NCBI GenBank assembly: GCA_016931955.1
Contig: JAFGDV010000039.1
Coordinates: forward strand, 1-22,716
DNA length: 22,716 bases
Source of the DNA: Candidatus Altiarchaeota archaeon
GTDB taxonomy: Archaea > Altiarchaeota > Altiarchaeia > IMC4 > QMZM01
Reading direction: 5' to 3'
The notes under the pieces are model-generated. The model was not told the origin of the DNA, made no database searches, and saw only the letters and a program-made list of their open reading frames with translations. The first letter of the stretch is position 1, and each line of letters opens with the position of its first letter. This document shows positions 1 through 8,348 of the stretch, in pieces. The position numbers and the translations under genes are program-made.

Positions 1-87
1 GGAAGAGGAGGCTAAGCGGATTAAGGAGGAGCGTGAGATGAGGGAAGAGGAGGCTAAGCGGATTAAGGAGGAGCGTGAGATGAGGGA
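1..87 (+). repeat. Perfect 42-bp in-frame tandem repeat (at least 2 units, may extend upstream)
   Basis: ggaagaggaggctaagcggattaaggaggagcgtgagatgag at 1-42 and 43-84, identical. Confidence 0.95.
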
Positions 88-181
88 GCATGAGATCATG
101 GAGGCGAAGGAGGGGCGTGAGAAGAAGGGTCATAGGATTAAGAAGAGAAAGGAGGAACATGGGGGAGGTAAGATAGTTTAA
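1..181 (+). CDS. 3' end of a highly charged (Glu/Lys/Arg-rich) repeat protein, truncated by the window start
   Basis: Open frame from base 2: EEEAKRIKEEREMR-EEEAKRIKEEREMR-EHEIMEAKEGREKKGHRIKKRKEEHGGGKIV, TAA at 179-181; co-oriented with the Roadblock genes. Confidence 0.7.
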   Translation, partial: EEEAKRIKEEREMREEEAKRIKEEREMREHEIMEAKEGREKKGHRIKKRKEEHGGGKIV

Positions 182-236
182 GAGTCAATCAGATCGGAAC
201 CTGATTTGATAAAAACCATACATCGGAGGTAAAAAA

Positions 237-581
237 ATGTTAGAAAAGATTTTGACGGACCTGAATTCTGTAGAGGGCGTGACCGGATCTTTAGTTACTG
301 GAAAAGACGGTTTAGTCATTGCTCAAAGAGCACCAGCGGGCGTGGATGTGGATCTAGCATCTGCTATGACTGCTACGATATTTGGTACGGGTGATAGGGC
401 TATAAAGGAGCTAAAGCAGGGGGAAATAGTGCAAGGTATGCTGGAAGGGACCGCGGGAAAGACATTGGTTATCGCTGGTAAGGATGCTATATTGATGGTT
501 ATGACGTCTCCTAGGGTAAACCTTGGTCTTGTAAGGATCGAGATGACACGTTGCATTAAGGAGATAGAAGAGTCCCTCTAG
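237..581 (+). CDS. Roadblock/LC7 (MglB-like) domain protein
   Basis: 114 aa; pattern L..L.SVEGV.GSLV.GKDGLVIA, LASAMTATIFG, C-terminal VNLGLVRIEM; RBS ggaggt just upstream. Confidence 0.9.
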   Translation: MLEKILTDLNSVEGVTGSLVTGKDGLVIAQRAPAGVDVDLASAMTATIFGTGDRAIKELKQGEIVQGMLEGTAGKTLVIAGKDAILMVMTSPRVNLGLVRIEMTRCIKEIEESL

Positions 582-665
582 GTTCCAACAATTCAGCAGG
601 CTGGTAAAACAGCCCGGTCATCTGGTAGAGTAAATAGGGGTTGATGATCTTAGTGCTGGATTCAA

Positions 666-1619
666 ATGGACGATGAAGCCTTAAATATTGACATCCTGGG
701 TGAGGTTCTCACCTCGCTCAGTAGTAATCAGGGCGTTTTAGGGTGTCTTATAACTGATGAAGAAGGTAACAGTATGGTCAGTAGGATACCTTCTGATATA
801 AATAAATCAATCTGTGAGTCAGCAATAGCAACACTGTATGGCTCATCTGAGCGGGCGATCAACTGGGCTAATCAAGGCGATTTGATGAGTGTTATGGTGG
901 AGGCCAGCTCAGGTAATCTCCTCATAGCTAATGCTAGTGGTCTTAATTTCGTTGTTATTGCTCAGCGTGATGTCAATCTTGGTTTACTGCGCGTTTCTAT
1001 GAAGAGGGCATCTGAGAGTATAAGGGGGGGTGTTGGAAGTAAAACCACTCGACCAATGCAGGCTTCAGTACAGGGCGTTGAGGCTCCGAAGCCTAAGATA
1101 GCTGAGGCTAGGTTAAAGATTAAAGAGGTTAGACCTAAAATGGAAGAAATTCCCCTACCTGTGTTACCGGATATACCCGTTAGTGTGGAAATACCTGATG
1201 ATTCTGCTGGCAGGGCAGATCTTGCCTTTGAAATATATAAAGTAGTTTTTCTGTCTCTCTCTGTTGGTGCGGCGAGGGTTTCTGGTGTAGCACCTACGCG
1301 TGGAATGATCAAGCGTTGTTTGTCTCGTGTTAGATGTCATGATCTCCTGGAGGGTGTCGCCATACAGAGAGACGCTACCCTGGACTTCAAAAAACTGAAG
1401 GAGAACCTTGAAAGAATACCCCCTAAAGACAGGGAGCGTGCGATAAAAGAGAAGTTCGGTGAAATCATCAGTTCTCTTGTTGATGGCTATGGAAGCGTGA
1501 TGGGGTACGCGCCTTTGAAGGGCATGACCATGAAGGAGATGGGTCTTGTGTTAAAGGGCTATAAGGAAGCGATGGATGAGCTCGGTATCATGAATACGAT
1601 CCCATTAGAGATCCTTTAG
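666..1619 (+). CDS. Roadblock/LC7 domain protein with Pro-rich linker and unknown C-terminal helical domain
   Basis: N-terminal ~120 aa Roadblock (GVLGCLITDEEG, VNLGLLRVSM); linker EEIPLPVLPDIP; ~140 aa C-terminal domain of unknown function. Confidence 0.85.
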   Translation: MDDEALNIDILGEVLTSLSSNQGVLGCLITDEEGNSMVSRIPSDINKSICESAIATLYGSSERAINWANQGDLMSVMVEASSGNLLIANASGLNFVVIAQRDVNLGLLRVSMKRASESIRGGVGSKTTRPMQASVQGVEAPKPKIAEARLKIKEVRPKMEEIPLPVLPDIPVSVEIPDDSAGRADLAFEIYKVVFLSLSVGAARVSGVAPTRGMIKRCLSRVRCHDLLEGVAIQRDATLDFKKLKENLERIPPKDRERAIKEKFGEIISSLVDGYGSVMGYAPLKGMTMKEMGLVLKGYKEAMDELGIMNTIPLEIL

Positions 1620-1708
1620 TTGATTGAGGATATCCGTTCCTGTGGTATGCCCTCAAGGTATTTTTATATTGGTGGGCTAATTATAACTGAATATATCTTG
1701 TGCTTAAA

Positions 1709-2875
1709 ATGTATTTGCCTAAAGGAATACGTTTAAAACATGGTGATTTTTCTGATCTGCCCGGCTTCTGCAGGGAGCTGCCGAGTGAATTCAACGGTGC
1801 AATAACCTTCTATACCAAATACGGAGGGAAATTTTATGAGGGGAACATGCTGATCATGGGGGGTAAAATAGTTGCTTCATCAATTAAGAATCTGGAGGAT
1901 GATACCGAACTGACAAAGGAGGAATCACTGGAAGATATCAAGAAAAAGATGGATGGCGCTGGGGATGTTGACATCTATTCCTTCAATGACGTTGACATGT
2001 GGCTTTCTGTTGAGCATAACCCCCAGGCCTTTCTGAAAAACGGCATTGATATCCCCTATTTTCTGGAAGGACTAGTCGTTAAACCAAAGACTAGGAAGTC
2101 GACTGAAGATGGGATTGCAGACTCAAAGAAGCATGGAAGGGATGAGGGGATGAGGAAGAGGTTTAAAGCAAAGATCGATGAATGGAGGTCTAAGGGATAT
2201 GATGTCCTGCCCCTTGAGTCTGTAATAGACTATGATCTGCAAGAGGTTCAAAGTACCTTCAAAAAGTTTGAGTTTGACATTAAAGTGCTTCAGAGGATTG
2301 AGGAGCAGTTGAACTCATTTGATACTGCCGGTTTTGAGGACGACGTGAGGGCGATAAGGTCCAAGCTTAGGGATACTCAGAGGATTGTCGAGCTGATGGG
2401 GGGGATAAAAAGGCTTGAGAAGAGGATTGAATCTAAGCAAAAAGAAATGCGGAAAGGTGGGGTAACTGAGAAAGAAAAGGAGAAACCGGTTGAGGAGAAG
2501 AAGCCGGTTTCTAAGAAAGAAGCTTTTTTGAATCTTCTGCGAGAGCTGGAGATCTCAGCGAAGGACTTAAAGGGTGTAGCAGTCATAACAAAAAACGGTC
2601 TTCCTATAGCTACGAGGCTTCCAAGGGATCTAGATGTGGAATCCTTTGCTGGAATGGCGGCTGCGATGTATGGGGCGGCGGAAACAACGATGGTGGAGTT
2701 AAAGCATAGCAACCTGTTTTGGGTCTATACTGAAGCAGAGGATTCTAAATTCGTGGTTGTTGGGGCTGGTCCTCAAGCACTCTTGGTAGCACTTGTTGGC
2801 ATGGGTGCGAATATGGGCCTGGTCCTTGTTAAACTAAAGGATACTGCCAATAGGGTGAAGGATTTAATGAAATGA
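1709..2875 (+). CDS. DUF2226-like N-terminal domain + coiled coil + C-terminal Roadblock/LC7 domain
   Basis: MYLPKG...FNGAI...EGNMLIMGGKIVAS...DIYSF...NPQA resembles DUF2226; C-terminal KGVAVITKNGLPIA...FAGMAAAMYGAA...NMGLVLVKL is Roadblock; ATG 1709 preferred over GTG 1700. Confidence 0.8.
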   Translation: MYLPKGIRLKHGDFSDLPGFCRELPSEFNGAITFYTKYGGKFYEGNMLIMGGKIVASSIKNLEDDTELTKEESLEDIKKKMDGAGDVDIYSFNDVDMWLSVEHNPQAFLKNGIDIPYFLEGLVVKPKTRKSTEDGIADSKKHGRDEGMRKRFKAKIDEWRSKGYDVLPLESVIDYDLQEVQSTFKKFEFDIKVLQRIEEQLNSFDTAGFEDDVRAIRSKLRDTQRIVELMGGIKRLEKRIESKQKEMRKGGVTEKEKEKPVEEKKPVSKKEAFLNLLRELEISAKDLKGVAVITKNGLPIATRLPRDLDVESFAGMAAAMYGAAETTMVELKHSNLFWVYTEAEDSKFVVVGAGPQALLVALVGMGANMGLVLVKLKDTANRVKDLMK

Positions 2876-2955
2876 ATCCCCATATCTATCATACTTTTTA
2901 TTAAACAAGAATCTAATATCTAATCTATTAAATGCATTTTTCACGGGGTGCTATA

Positions 2956-3672
2956 ATGCCTGACGAAGTAATTAGGGTCCCAACGAATATCAAGGGGTTT
3001 GATGAAATTGCTGGAGGCGGTTTACCTCCTGGTACGTGCATACTTCTAATAGTCCCGCCAGTGATTGACGTGCACCTATTCTGTCTTGAGTATATATACA
3101 AAGGCCTGCTCAGTGGAGAGCCGGGGCTGGTCATCACCATGAATTATTCCCCTGAGGATTTGAAGATCAGGGCCCTTCAGTATGGGTGGTTTTTGGTGAG
3201 GGGTGAGCAGCAGAACCTCCTTCGTTGGGTTGACGGTTACTCGTTGAATGCTAGAAAGGACGTGGAGAATACTCCAACGATTAAGAGGATCGGAGGATCC
3301 ATTGCGTTGTCTGATCTCACAATCGGGATGTCTCAGGCACAGAAGGATTTCTACTCGGTAAAGAACTACTACCGGTTCATCTTCGATTCGCTATCCACCC
3401 TGTTCATATACAATGACCCTAACACAATATACCGTTTCCTCAGGACGATAATACCGAAGCTTAGGGTTTCAGGTGGTATTGGGTTTTTCCTGCTTGGAGC
3501 GGGCATGCATGACCCACAGATAGAGATGACCCTCCGTTATATGATGGATGGCACTATTGAGGTAACCAATGATCTGGAGATGAAGATAATGAGCCTACCA
3601 AATCCAACGCCTGTTAGAATGGCTCAACTATCCCTCACAAAGGAGGGTTTTATAGTAGAGCAGAAACAGTAG
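2956..3672 (+). CDS. KaiC/RAD55-family RecA-fold protein with degenerate Walker A (probably inactive ATPase)
   Basis: PTNIKGFDEIAGGGLPPG N-terminus, FIFDSLSTL Walker B, MMDGTIEV; P-loop replaced by IVPPVIDVHL; RBS ggggtg before ATG 2956 (ORF track start 2932). Confidence 0.85.
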   Translation: MPDEVIRVPTNIKGFDEIAGGGLPPGTCILLIVPPVIDVHLFCLEYIYKGLLSGEPGLVITMNYSPEDLKIRALQYGWFLVRGEQQNLLRWVDGYSLNARKDVENTPTIKRIGGSIALSDLTIGMSQAQKDFYSVKNYYRFIFDSLSTLFIYNDPNTIYRFLRTIIPKLRVSGGIGFFLLGAGMHDPQIEMTLRYMMDGTIEVTNDLEMKIMSLPNPTPVRMAQLSLTKEGFIVEQKQ

Positions 3673-3714
3673 TATCTATTGTAGAGCGGTTTCCATTGTT
3701 GAAGGATCCAGTTC

Positions 3715-4422
3715 TTAGAGCTCGAACATTGGTTTCAGTACTATGCCGTCCTTGGTTATCTGGAGTATCTGTTTGTTCCTTGAGTGAGCCACACCCCTCA
3801 TCTTAACAACTTGCAGGGTTCTTATGAGTTCTCCTTTGTCTTCGTGCTCTCTAAGCATTATCACTCCATCTGCTATGAATTCTTCAACTCCGTAGACTGA
3901 ATACTGGAGGCTCATTGGCGGTATCTCTGATATGAACAGGGTTGTGCAGTCTAGATAGCCTAACTGAAGCCCTAGTTCGAATATGAATTCCCTTATGTTT
4001 TTTTCGCTGCCTAAGCTGTTGCAGATTGCTGTTATTGAGTCCACGCAAACCCTCTGTGCTTCGCTGTCCCTTATTATGGAGCTGATCATGTTTATTATCC
4101 CGTTGACGGTGAGTGGCTCCAGATTTATCAGCCTCGCATCCTGGGTTATGTCGAGGATCTTTATCTTGTCCTCCTCGACAAGTTTTGGGTCGTAGAAGCT
4201 GAAGGGTTCCAGATTCGCTATTATCTTGTCTCTTGGTTCGGAGAGTGATATATAGATCCCTATCTCATCTGCTTCCTTTGCCCCATAGAAGAGAAAATGT
4301 TCTGCCAGTATAGTCTTGCCTGTACCACAGCTTCCTGATAGCAGTACAGAACTCCCCCTTGGGACTCCGCCGCTCAATAAATCGTCTAGCTCATTGATAC
4401 CTGTCTTTATTAGCTCGACCAT
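3715..4422 (-). CDS. KaiC-like single-domain ATPase (KaiC/GvpD/RAD55 family)
   Basis: TGINELDDLLSGGVPRG, Walker A GSCGTGKT, Walker B VCVDSIT, YGVEEFIADGVIML, VVKMRG; ATG 4422 preceded by AGGTG. Confidence 0.92.
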   Translation of the reverse strand: MVELIKTGINELDDLLSGGVPRGSSVLLSGSCGTGKTILAEHFLFYGAKEADEIGIYISLSEPRDKIIANLEPFSFYDPKLVEEDKIKILDITQDARLINLEPLTVNGIINMISSIIRDSEAQRVCVDSITAICNSLGSEKNIREFIFELGLQLGYLDCTTLFISEIPPMSLQYSVYGVEEFIADGVIMLREHEDKGELIRTLQVVKMRGVAHSRNKQILQITKDGIVLKPMFEL

Positions 4423-4516
4423 GGTAAACACCTGATTAATTTAAAAGTTGCTATACTATAATTATCCCTCCTCTTTTAAATACATTACGTTTTTAGTATT
4501 TATACTTTATGGTTGC

Positions 4517-4837
4517 ATGATGGACTTCGGTGATTCAGTTCTTGCGATGACGGAAAAAATACCTCGTGGGAGGGTTACCAATTATGGTGAAATCGCCAAG
4601 GCTTTGGGGGATGTTAGGCTTGCGAGGGCTGTGGGTCAGGCACTCAAAAAGAACCCCCGACCAGTGAAGGTACCATGCCATCGCGTGGTCTGCTCTGACG
4701 GCAGGATAGGCGGCTACAGTCGCGGCGTTTCAGAGAAGATAAAGCTGCTGAGTGCAGAGGGCATAGTAGTCGAGAATAACCGGATACTTGACTTGGAGAG
4801 GATATTTGTTAGCTCATCTGAGCTGATAAAGTCCTAA
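4517..4837 (+). CDS. ogt: Methylated-DNA--protein-cysteine methyltransferase (MGMT family, short form)
   Basis: IPRGRVTNYGEIA HTH, ARAVGQAL, active-site PCHRVV; likely start ATG 4517 or 4520. Confidence 0.88.
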   Translation: MMDFGDSVLAMTEKIPRGRVTNYGEIAKALGDVRLARAVGQALKKNPRPVKVPCHRVVCSDGRIGGYSRGVSEKIKLLSAEGIVVENNRILDLERIFVSSSELIKS

Positions 4838-5543
4838 GCTGTTTAACAGTGATCCCTGGAATCCCCCTCAGTTGTTCACCCTTGTCTGTTAGATTGACTA
4901 TTCCTGCATGCGATCTCTCTGCTAACTCCTCCAATAGGGTCTTCCCTATCCTAAGCTTCCTTGGCTTAAGTTCTCTATCATAGCTTCCAGAGTATTCGCC
5001 TATCTCTGAACCGAAGTCCATTCCAGCTAGCACGATAAGACCTGACTTGAAGTGTTCTGCAAGATAAACAGCCCGGTCGCCGTCCGTAAAACCGCCGAAG
5101 TTATGGAGTCTGCCGAAGGGCTTCAACTGTGTTGTTCCGATAACGTTCCTTAGTTCTGGGACGAACTCTCTGATCTTCTCCATATTATCCGCGTGTGCGT
5201 GCACCACTGTGATAACTCCCCTCCTGTTTGCCTCTATTATCGCTTTAATGTCTCCGTCGAGGTCAGTCACCTGTATCTGTGGCAGCATGTTGTGTTCAAG
5301 CAGGGCTTTGACGGCGCCGTCGGCGGCGATCAGGACAAAGCCAGTGTGCAGCTTATCGGAGATTATCTTATCTATGTCCTGGATAAGGGATGGTCCCGCC
5401 CCGAAGACGATAATGCACCTGTCTATGATTGATTCCAGTGGCTTTAGGTCTGGTTCCTCAATCAAGTTATCAAGCAGCTTAGCAGCCTTTTCATCCCCTT
5501 CTGTATCCAACCTAAGCCTTCTTGCGATCTCTATGTAATCCAT
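4809..5543 (-). CDS. mptE: 6-hydroxymethyl-7,8-dihydropterin pyrophosphokinase (MptE/DUF115)
   Basis: GAGPSL, IAADGA, VTDLDG, VVHAHADN, NFGGFTDGDRAV, LAGMDF motifs. Confidence 0.88.
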   Translation of the reverse strand: MDYIEIARRLRLDTEGDEKAAKLLDNLIEEPDLKPLESIIDRCIIVFGAGPSLIQDIDKIISDKLHTGFVLIAADGAVKALLEHNMLPQIQVTDLDGDIKAIIEANRRGVITVVHAHADNMEKIREFVPELRNVIGTTQLKPFGRLHNFGGFTDGDRAVYLAEHFKSGLIVLAGMDFGSEIGEYSGSYDRELKPRKLRIGKTLLEELAERSHAGIVNLTDKGEQLRGIPGITVKQLRTLSAQMS

Positions 5544-5604
5544 CCCTAAAGATATTTGGCTTCACTTATTTTAACCTAATCGAATATTATTGTTGGGTGA
5601 AGGG

Positions 5605-6492
5605 ATGAAAGCAAAAACAGGAACAGACCTGCTTAAGAAGGGTTTTGCTAAGATGGTTAAAGGCGGCGTCGTGATGGACGTCACCAATGCTGAGCAGGCG
5701 AGGATCGCAGAGGAAGCCGGTGCTGTAGCAGTGATGGCATTGGAAAGGGTGCCAGCAGACATTAGGGCTGCTGGGGGTGTTGCACGCATGGCTGACCCGC
5801 AGAAGGTATGTGAGATAATGGATGCAGTAACCATTCCCGTCATGGCGAAGGTTAGGCTAGGCCACTTCGTTGAGGCTCAAATCTTGGAAGCAATCGGTGT
5901 TGACATGATCGATGAATCAGAGGTTCTGACGCCTGCCGACGAAAGCAACCACATAGATAAGTCTAAGTTCAAGATCCCGTTCGTCTGCGGCGCCAGAGAC
6001 CTGGGCGAAGCCTTGCGCAGGATCTCTGAGGGTGCTGCGATGATAAGGACTAAGGGAGAAGCGGGCACAGGCAATATCGTAGAAGCGGTGAGACACATGC
6101 GTTTGATAAATTCACAGATCAGGAAGGCACAGAATATGGGTGAGGATGAGCTCTACACCGAGGCGAAGAACCTGCAGGTGCCACTTTGTAGACTTAGGGA
6201 GGTCAGGAATCTTGGCAGGCTTCCTGTGGTGAACTTCGCAGCGGGTGGGATAGCTACTCCGGCAGACGCGGCCTTGATGATGCAGCTTGGAGCTGATGGC
6301 AACTTCGTTGGCTCGGGAATCTTTAAATCAGATGACCCTGAGAGGAGGGCTAAGGCCATAGTCGAAGCCACGGCTCACTATAATGACCCTAAGCTGTTGG
6401 CAGAGGTGTCAAGGGGCCTGTCAGGTGCTATGAAGGGTATAGACATCAGGTGCTTGGAGGAGAGCGAGCTTTTGCAGGTTCGAGGTGTTTGA
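5605..6492 (+). CDS. pdxS: Pyridoxal 5'-phosphate synthase lyase subunit
   Basis: [56 protein letters not shown]. Confidence 0.97.
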   Translation: MKAKTGTDLLKKGFAKMVKGGVVMDVTNAEQARIAEEAGAVAVMALERVPADIRAAGGVARMADPQKVCEIMDAVTIPVMAKVRLGHFVEAQILEAIGVDMIDESEVLTPADESNHIDKSKFKIPFVCGARDLGEALRRISEGAAMIRTKGEAGTGNIVEAVRHMRLINSQIRKAQNMGEDELYTEAKNLQVPLCRLREVRNLGRLPVVNFAAGGIATPADAALMMQLGADGNFVGSGIFKSDDPERRAKAIVEATAHYNDPKLLAEVSRGLSGAMKGIDIRCLEESELLQVRGV

Positions 6493-6494
6493 AC

Positions 6495-7292
6495 ATGTTC
6501 ATAGTCCTAGAAGGCATAGACGGCTGTGGTAAATCAACCCAGGCTCAGCTGCTGCATGATTGGCTTGTTGAGGAAGGCCGCGATGTTCTGTTAACGGCGG
6601 AGCCTACAAACAACGTCATCGGCTCTTATGTGAAAGAGATACTCTCAAGTGGTAGGGAGGTTGATCCAAGCGCCCTCGCTTTGTTGTTCACCGCAGACAG
6701 GCATGAACACATCAAGGGGGAGATAGAGCCTGCCCTAAAGGCCAGAAAGACGGTCATATCAGAGAGATATTATCACTCAACGGTAGCCTACCAGGCGGCT
6801 CAGGGCGTTGATAGGAGCTGGTTGATTGATATAAACTCTTTCCCGATTGAAAACAAGCCGGATGTGACTTTCTTCCTTGATATCAAAGCAGAGGTTGCTT
6901 TACCCAAGATTCAGGAGAAGGATCAACGTTTTAGAGAACTTTTGGAGAATTCACGCAAGAAGGTTGAGGACCTGAGGAAGCACTACTTGAACAATAAGAA
7001 GGCGATCTATACTAAGATAAATCAGAAGAAGGCTGCTGATGAGCTTCTTGAGGTAAGCAGGCGGCTGGAGATGGCTGAAGAGGAATATAAGCGCGAGAAA
7101 TCTAAGTACCTGCGGTTTGAGAGATTCGAGAAGCCCACGACTTTGGAGGCAGAGACCCAGAGATATGATGTCTTCCTTGGCAAGGTGAGGGAGAACTATC
7201 TGCAGTTCAAGGACGTTGTCAGAATAGACGGCTCAAAACCAGTCGACCTGGTCTTTGAGGATATCAAAAGGTCTGTCAGGAAAATCCTCTAG
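6495..7292 (+). CDS. tmk: Thymidylate kinase with long insertion in the LID region
   Basis: FIVLEGIDGCGKST P-loop, LLFTADR, ERYYHSTVAYQ, PDVTFFLDI, RIDGS; ATG 6495 follows the pdxS stop. Confidence 0.92.
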   Translation: MFIVLEGIDGCGKSTQAQLLHDWLVEEGRDVLLTAEPTNNVIGSYVKEILSSGREVDPSALALLFTADRHEHIKGEIEPALKARKTVISERYYHSTVAYQAAQGVDRSWLIDINSFPIENKPDVTFFLDIKAEVALPKIQEKDQRFRELLENSRKKVEDLRKHYLNNKKAIYTKINQKKAADELLEVSRRLEMAEEEYKREKSKYLRFERFEKPTTLEAETQRYDVFLGKVRENYLQFKDVVRIDGSKPVDLVFEDIKRSVRKIL

Positions 7293-8307
7293 ACCTTATT
7301 GTTTTCCCTTCTATTCTAACGTCGAAGCCGAATCTGTTTAATACTTCAATGTTGGTCTTCGCATGTTCGGTCGTCTCACTAACTGATACGCATCCACCAG
7401 CCAGTGCGATATATGGTATGATCTGGTCTGCCATGTATCTGTCGAGCGCAGCTTTTGAGTTGATCTCCCATATGAGGCTTTCTGCAGCCTCTTCTCCTGC
7501 AATCTCAGCCCTTTTTCCTCTCTCGCCTAGGGAACTGGAGCCCAGCCGGGTGTTCTCCGTCTCGGCCCAGAGGGTTATCCCTGAGCCATATGAAAAAGCC
7601 GGAGAATGTTCTTGTTTAATCTCTATGTCATTGTTAAAGCCCATATTCGATAGTGCGTTATAAAGCAGGGGTCTTGCCGATCTTGCCTGTCTTCTAGCGA
7701 CCCGCGATTTTTCTAAATCCGAGTGGCAATGAGAGATTCCCTTCACGGCTGTTAGTCTACCCTGTTCCATTAGTTCAATCCTATCCACCCGGTCTATCGG
7801 CTGTATCCTGGCTTCGACCTGTCCCCCGCCTGCTGGATAATACCCTCTCCTGGTCAGGTTGATCTCTGCCATGTAGCCGAATTTCTCCAGGATGGGTAGT
7901 GTAACAAACCTAAGGTAGTCTATCTGTGGACTCCATCCGACGTCTGTTCCCCCTGTAATCCTTACCCTGACCTCTTTTTTCGCGAACATTGCGGGTATCA
8001 TCAAAGCCTGCAGTACAAGCGTTATAGACCCTGCAGTCCCTATTTTGAGGCTCATCCCACCACCCTTTATGCCTCCTGGGGAGAACTCCAGCTCCTGTGA
8101 ACCTATATTGAGTCCTTCAACCTTCGCATCGCAGAGTTTTGCCACCGCATTTACTGCATGCAGGTGTTGTGGCCTAATCCCGGGATTTTCTCTTTTTGCC
8201 CGTATGCCTTCTATCCTAAAACTCTTTCCGGTGACGGCACTCATGGCAACAGAGGTCCTGAGAACCTGTCCACCCCCTTCCCCATATGAGCCGTCTATTG
8301 TTATCAT
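7276..8307 (-). CDS. rtcA: RNA 3'-terminal phosphate cyclase
   Basis: IDGSYGEGGGQVLR, PGIRPQH, TAGSITLVLQ, GGTDV, RGYYPAGGG, DQIIPY, catalytic His region TEHAKTN. Confidence 0.96.
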   Translation of the reverse strand: MITIDGSYGEGGGQVLRTSVAMSAVTGKSFRIEGIRAKRENPGIRPQHLHAVNAVAKLCDAKVEGLNIGSQELEFSPGGIKGGGMSLKIGTAGSITLVLQALMIPAMFAKKEVRVRITGGTDVGWSPQIDYLRFVTLPILEKFGYMAEINLTRRGYYPAGGGQVEARIQPIDRVDRIELMEQGRLTAVKGISHCHSDLEKSRVARRQARSARPLLYNALSNMGFNNDIEIKQEHSPAFSYGSGITLWAETENTRLGSSSLGERGKRAEIAGEEAAESLIWEINSKAALDRYMADQIIPYIALAGGCVSVSETTEHAKTNIEVLNRFGFDVRIEGKTIRSRGFS

Positions 8308-8348
8308 GCCTATATTTTATTTGAAGGAAATCATATATCTAACATCAA

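Noticed and set aside
582-665. Small intergenic hairpins in the Roadblock cluster (ggctg/cagcc 599-614; also 1624-1656)
   Set aside because: Short or imperfect stems expected by chance; not repeated.
2932-4431. Circadian clock (kaiABC)
   Set aside because: Single-domain KaiC-like proteins, no kaiA or kaiB, no recognisable ST phosphosite pair.
4448-4516. Hydrophobic N-terminal extension of the MGMT ORF
   Set aside because: AT-rich divergent promoter region read from a TTG; ATG 4517/4520 is more plausible.
6450-6494. N-terminal extension of tmk
   Set aside because: Overlaps pdxS; ATG 6495 with upstream GAGGTG matches the family start.
6915-7172. Intein in tmk
   Set aside because: No Cys/Ser start or His-Asn end, and the sequence is helical rather than HINT-like.
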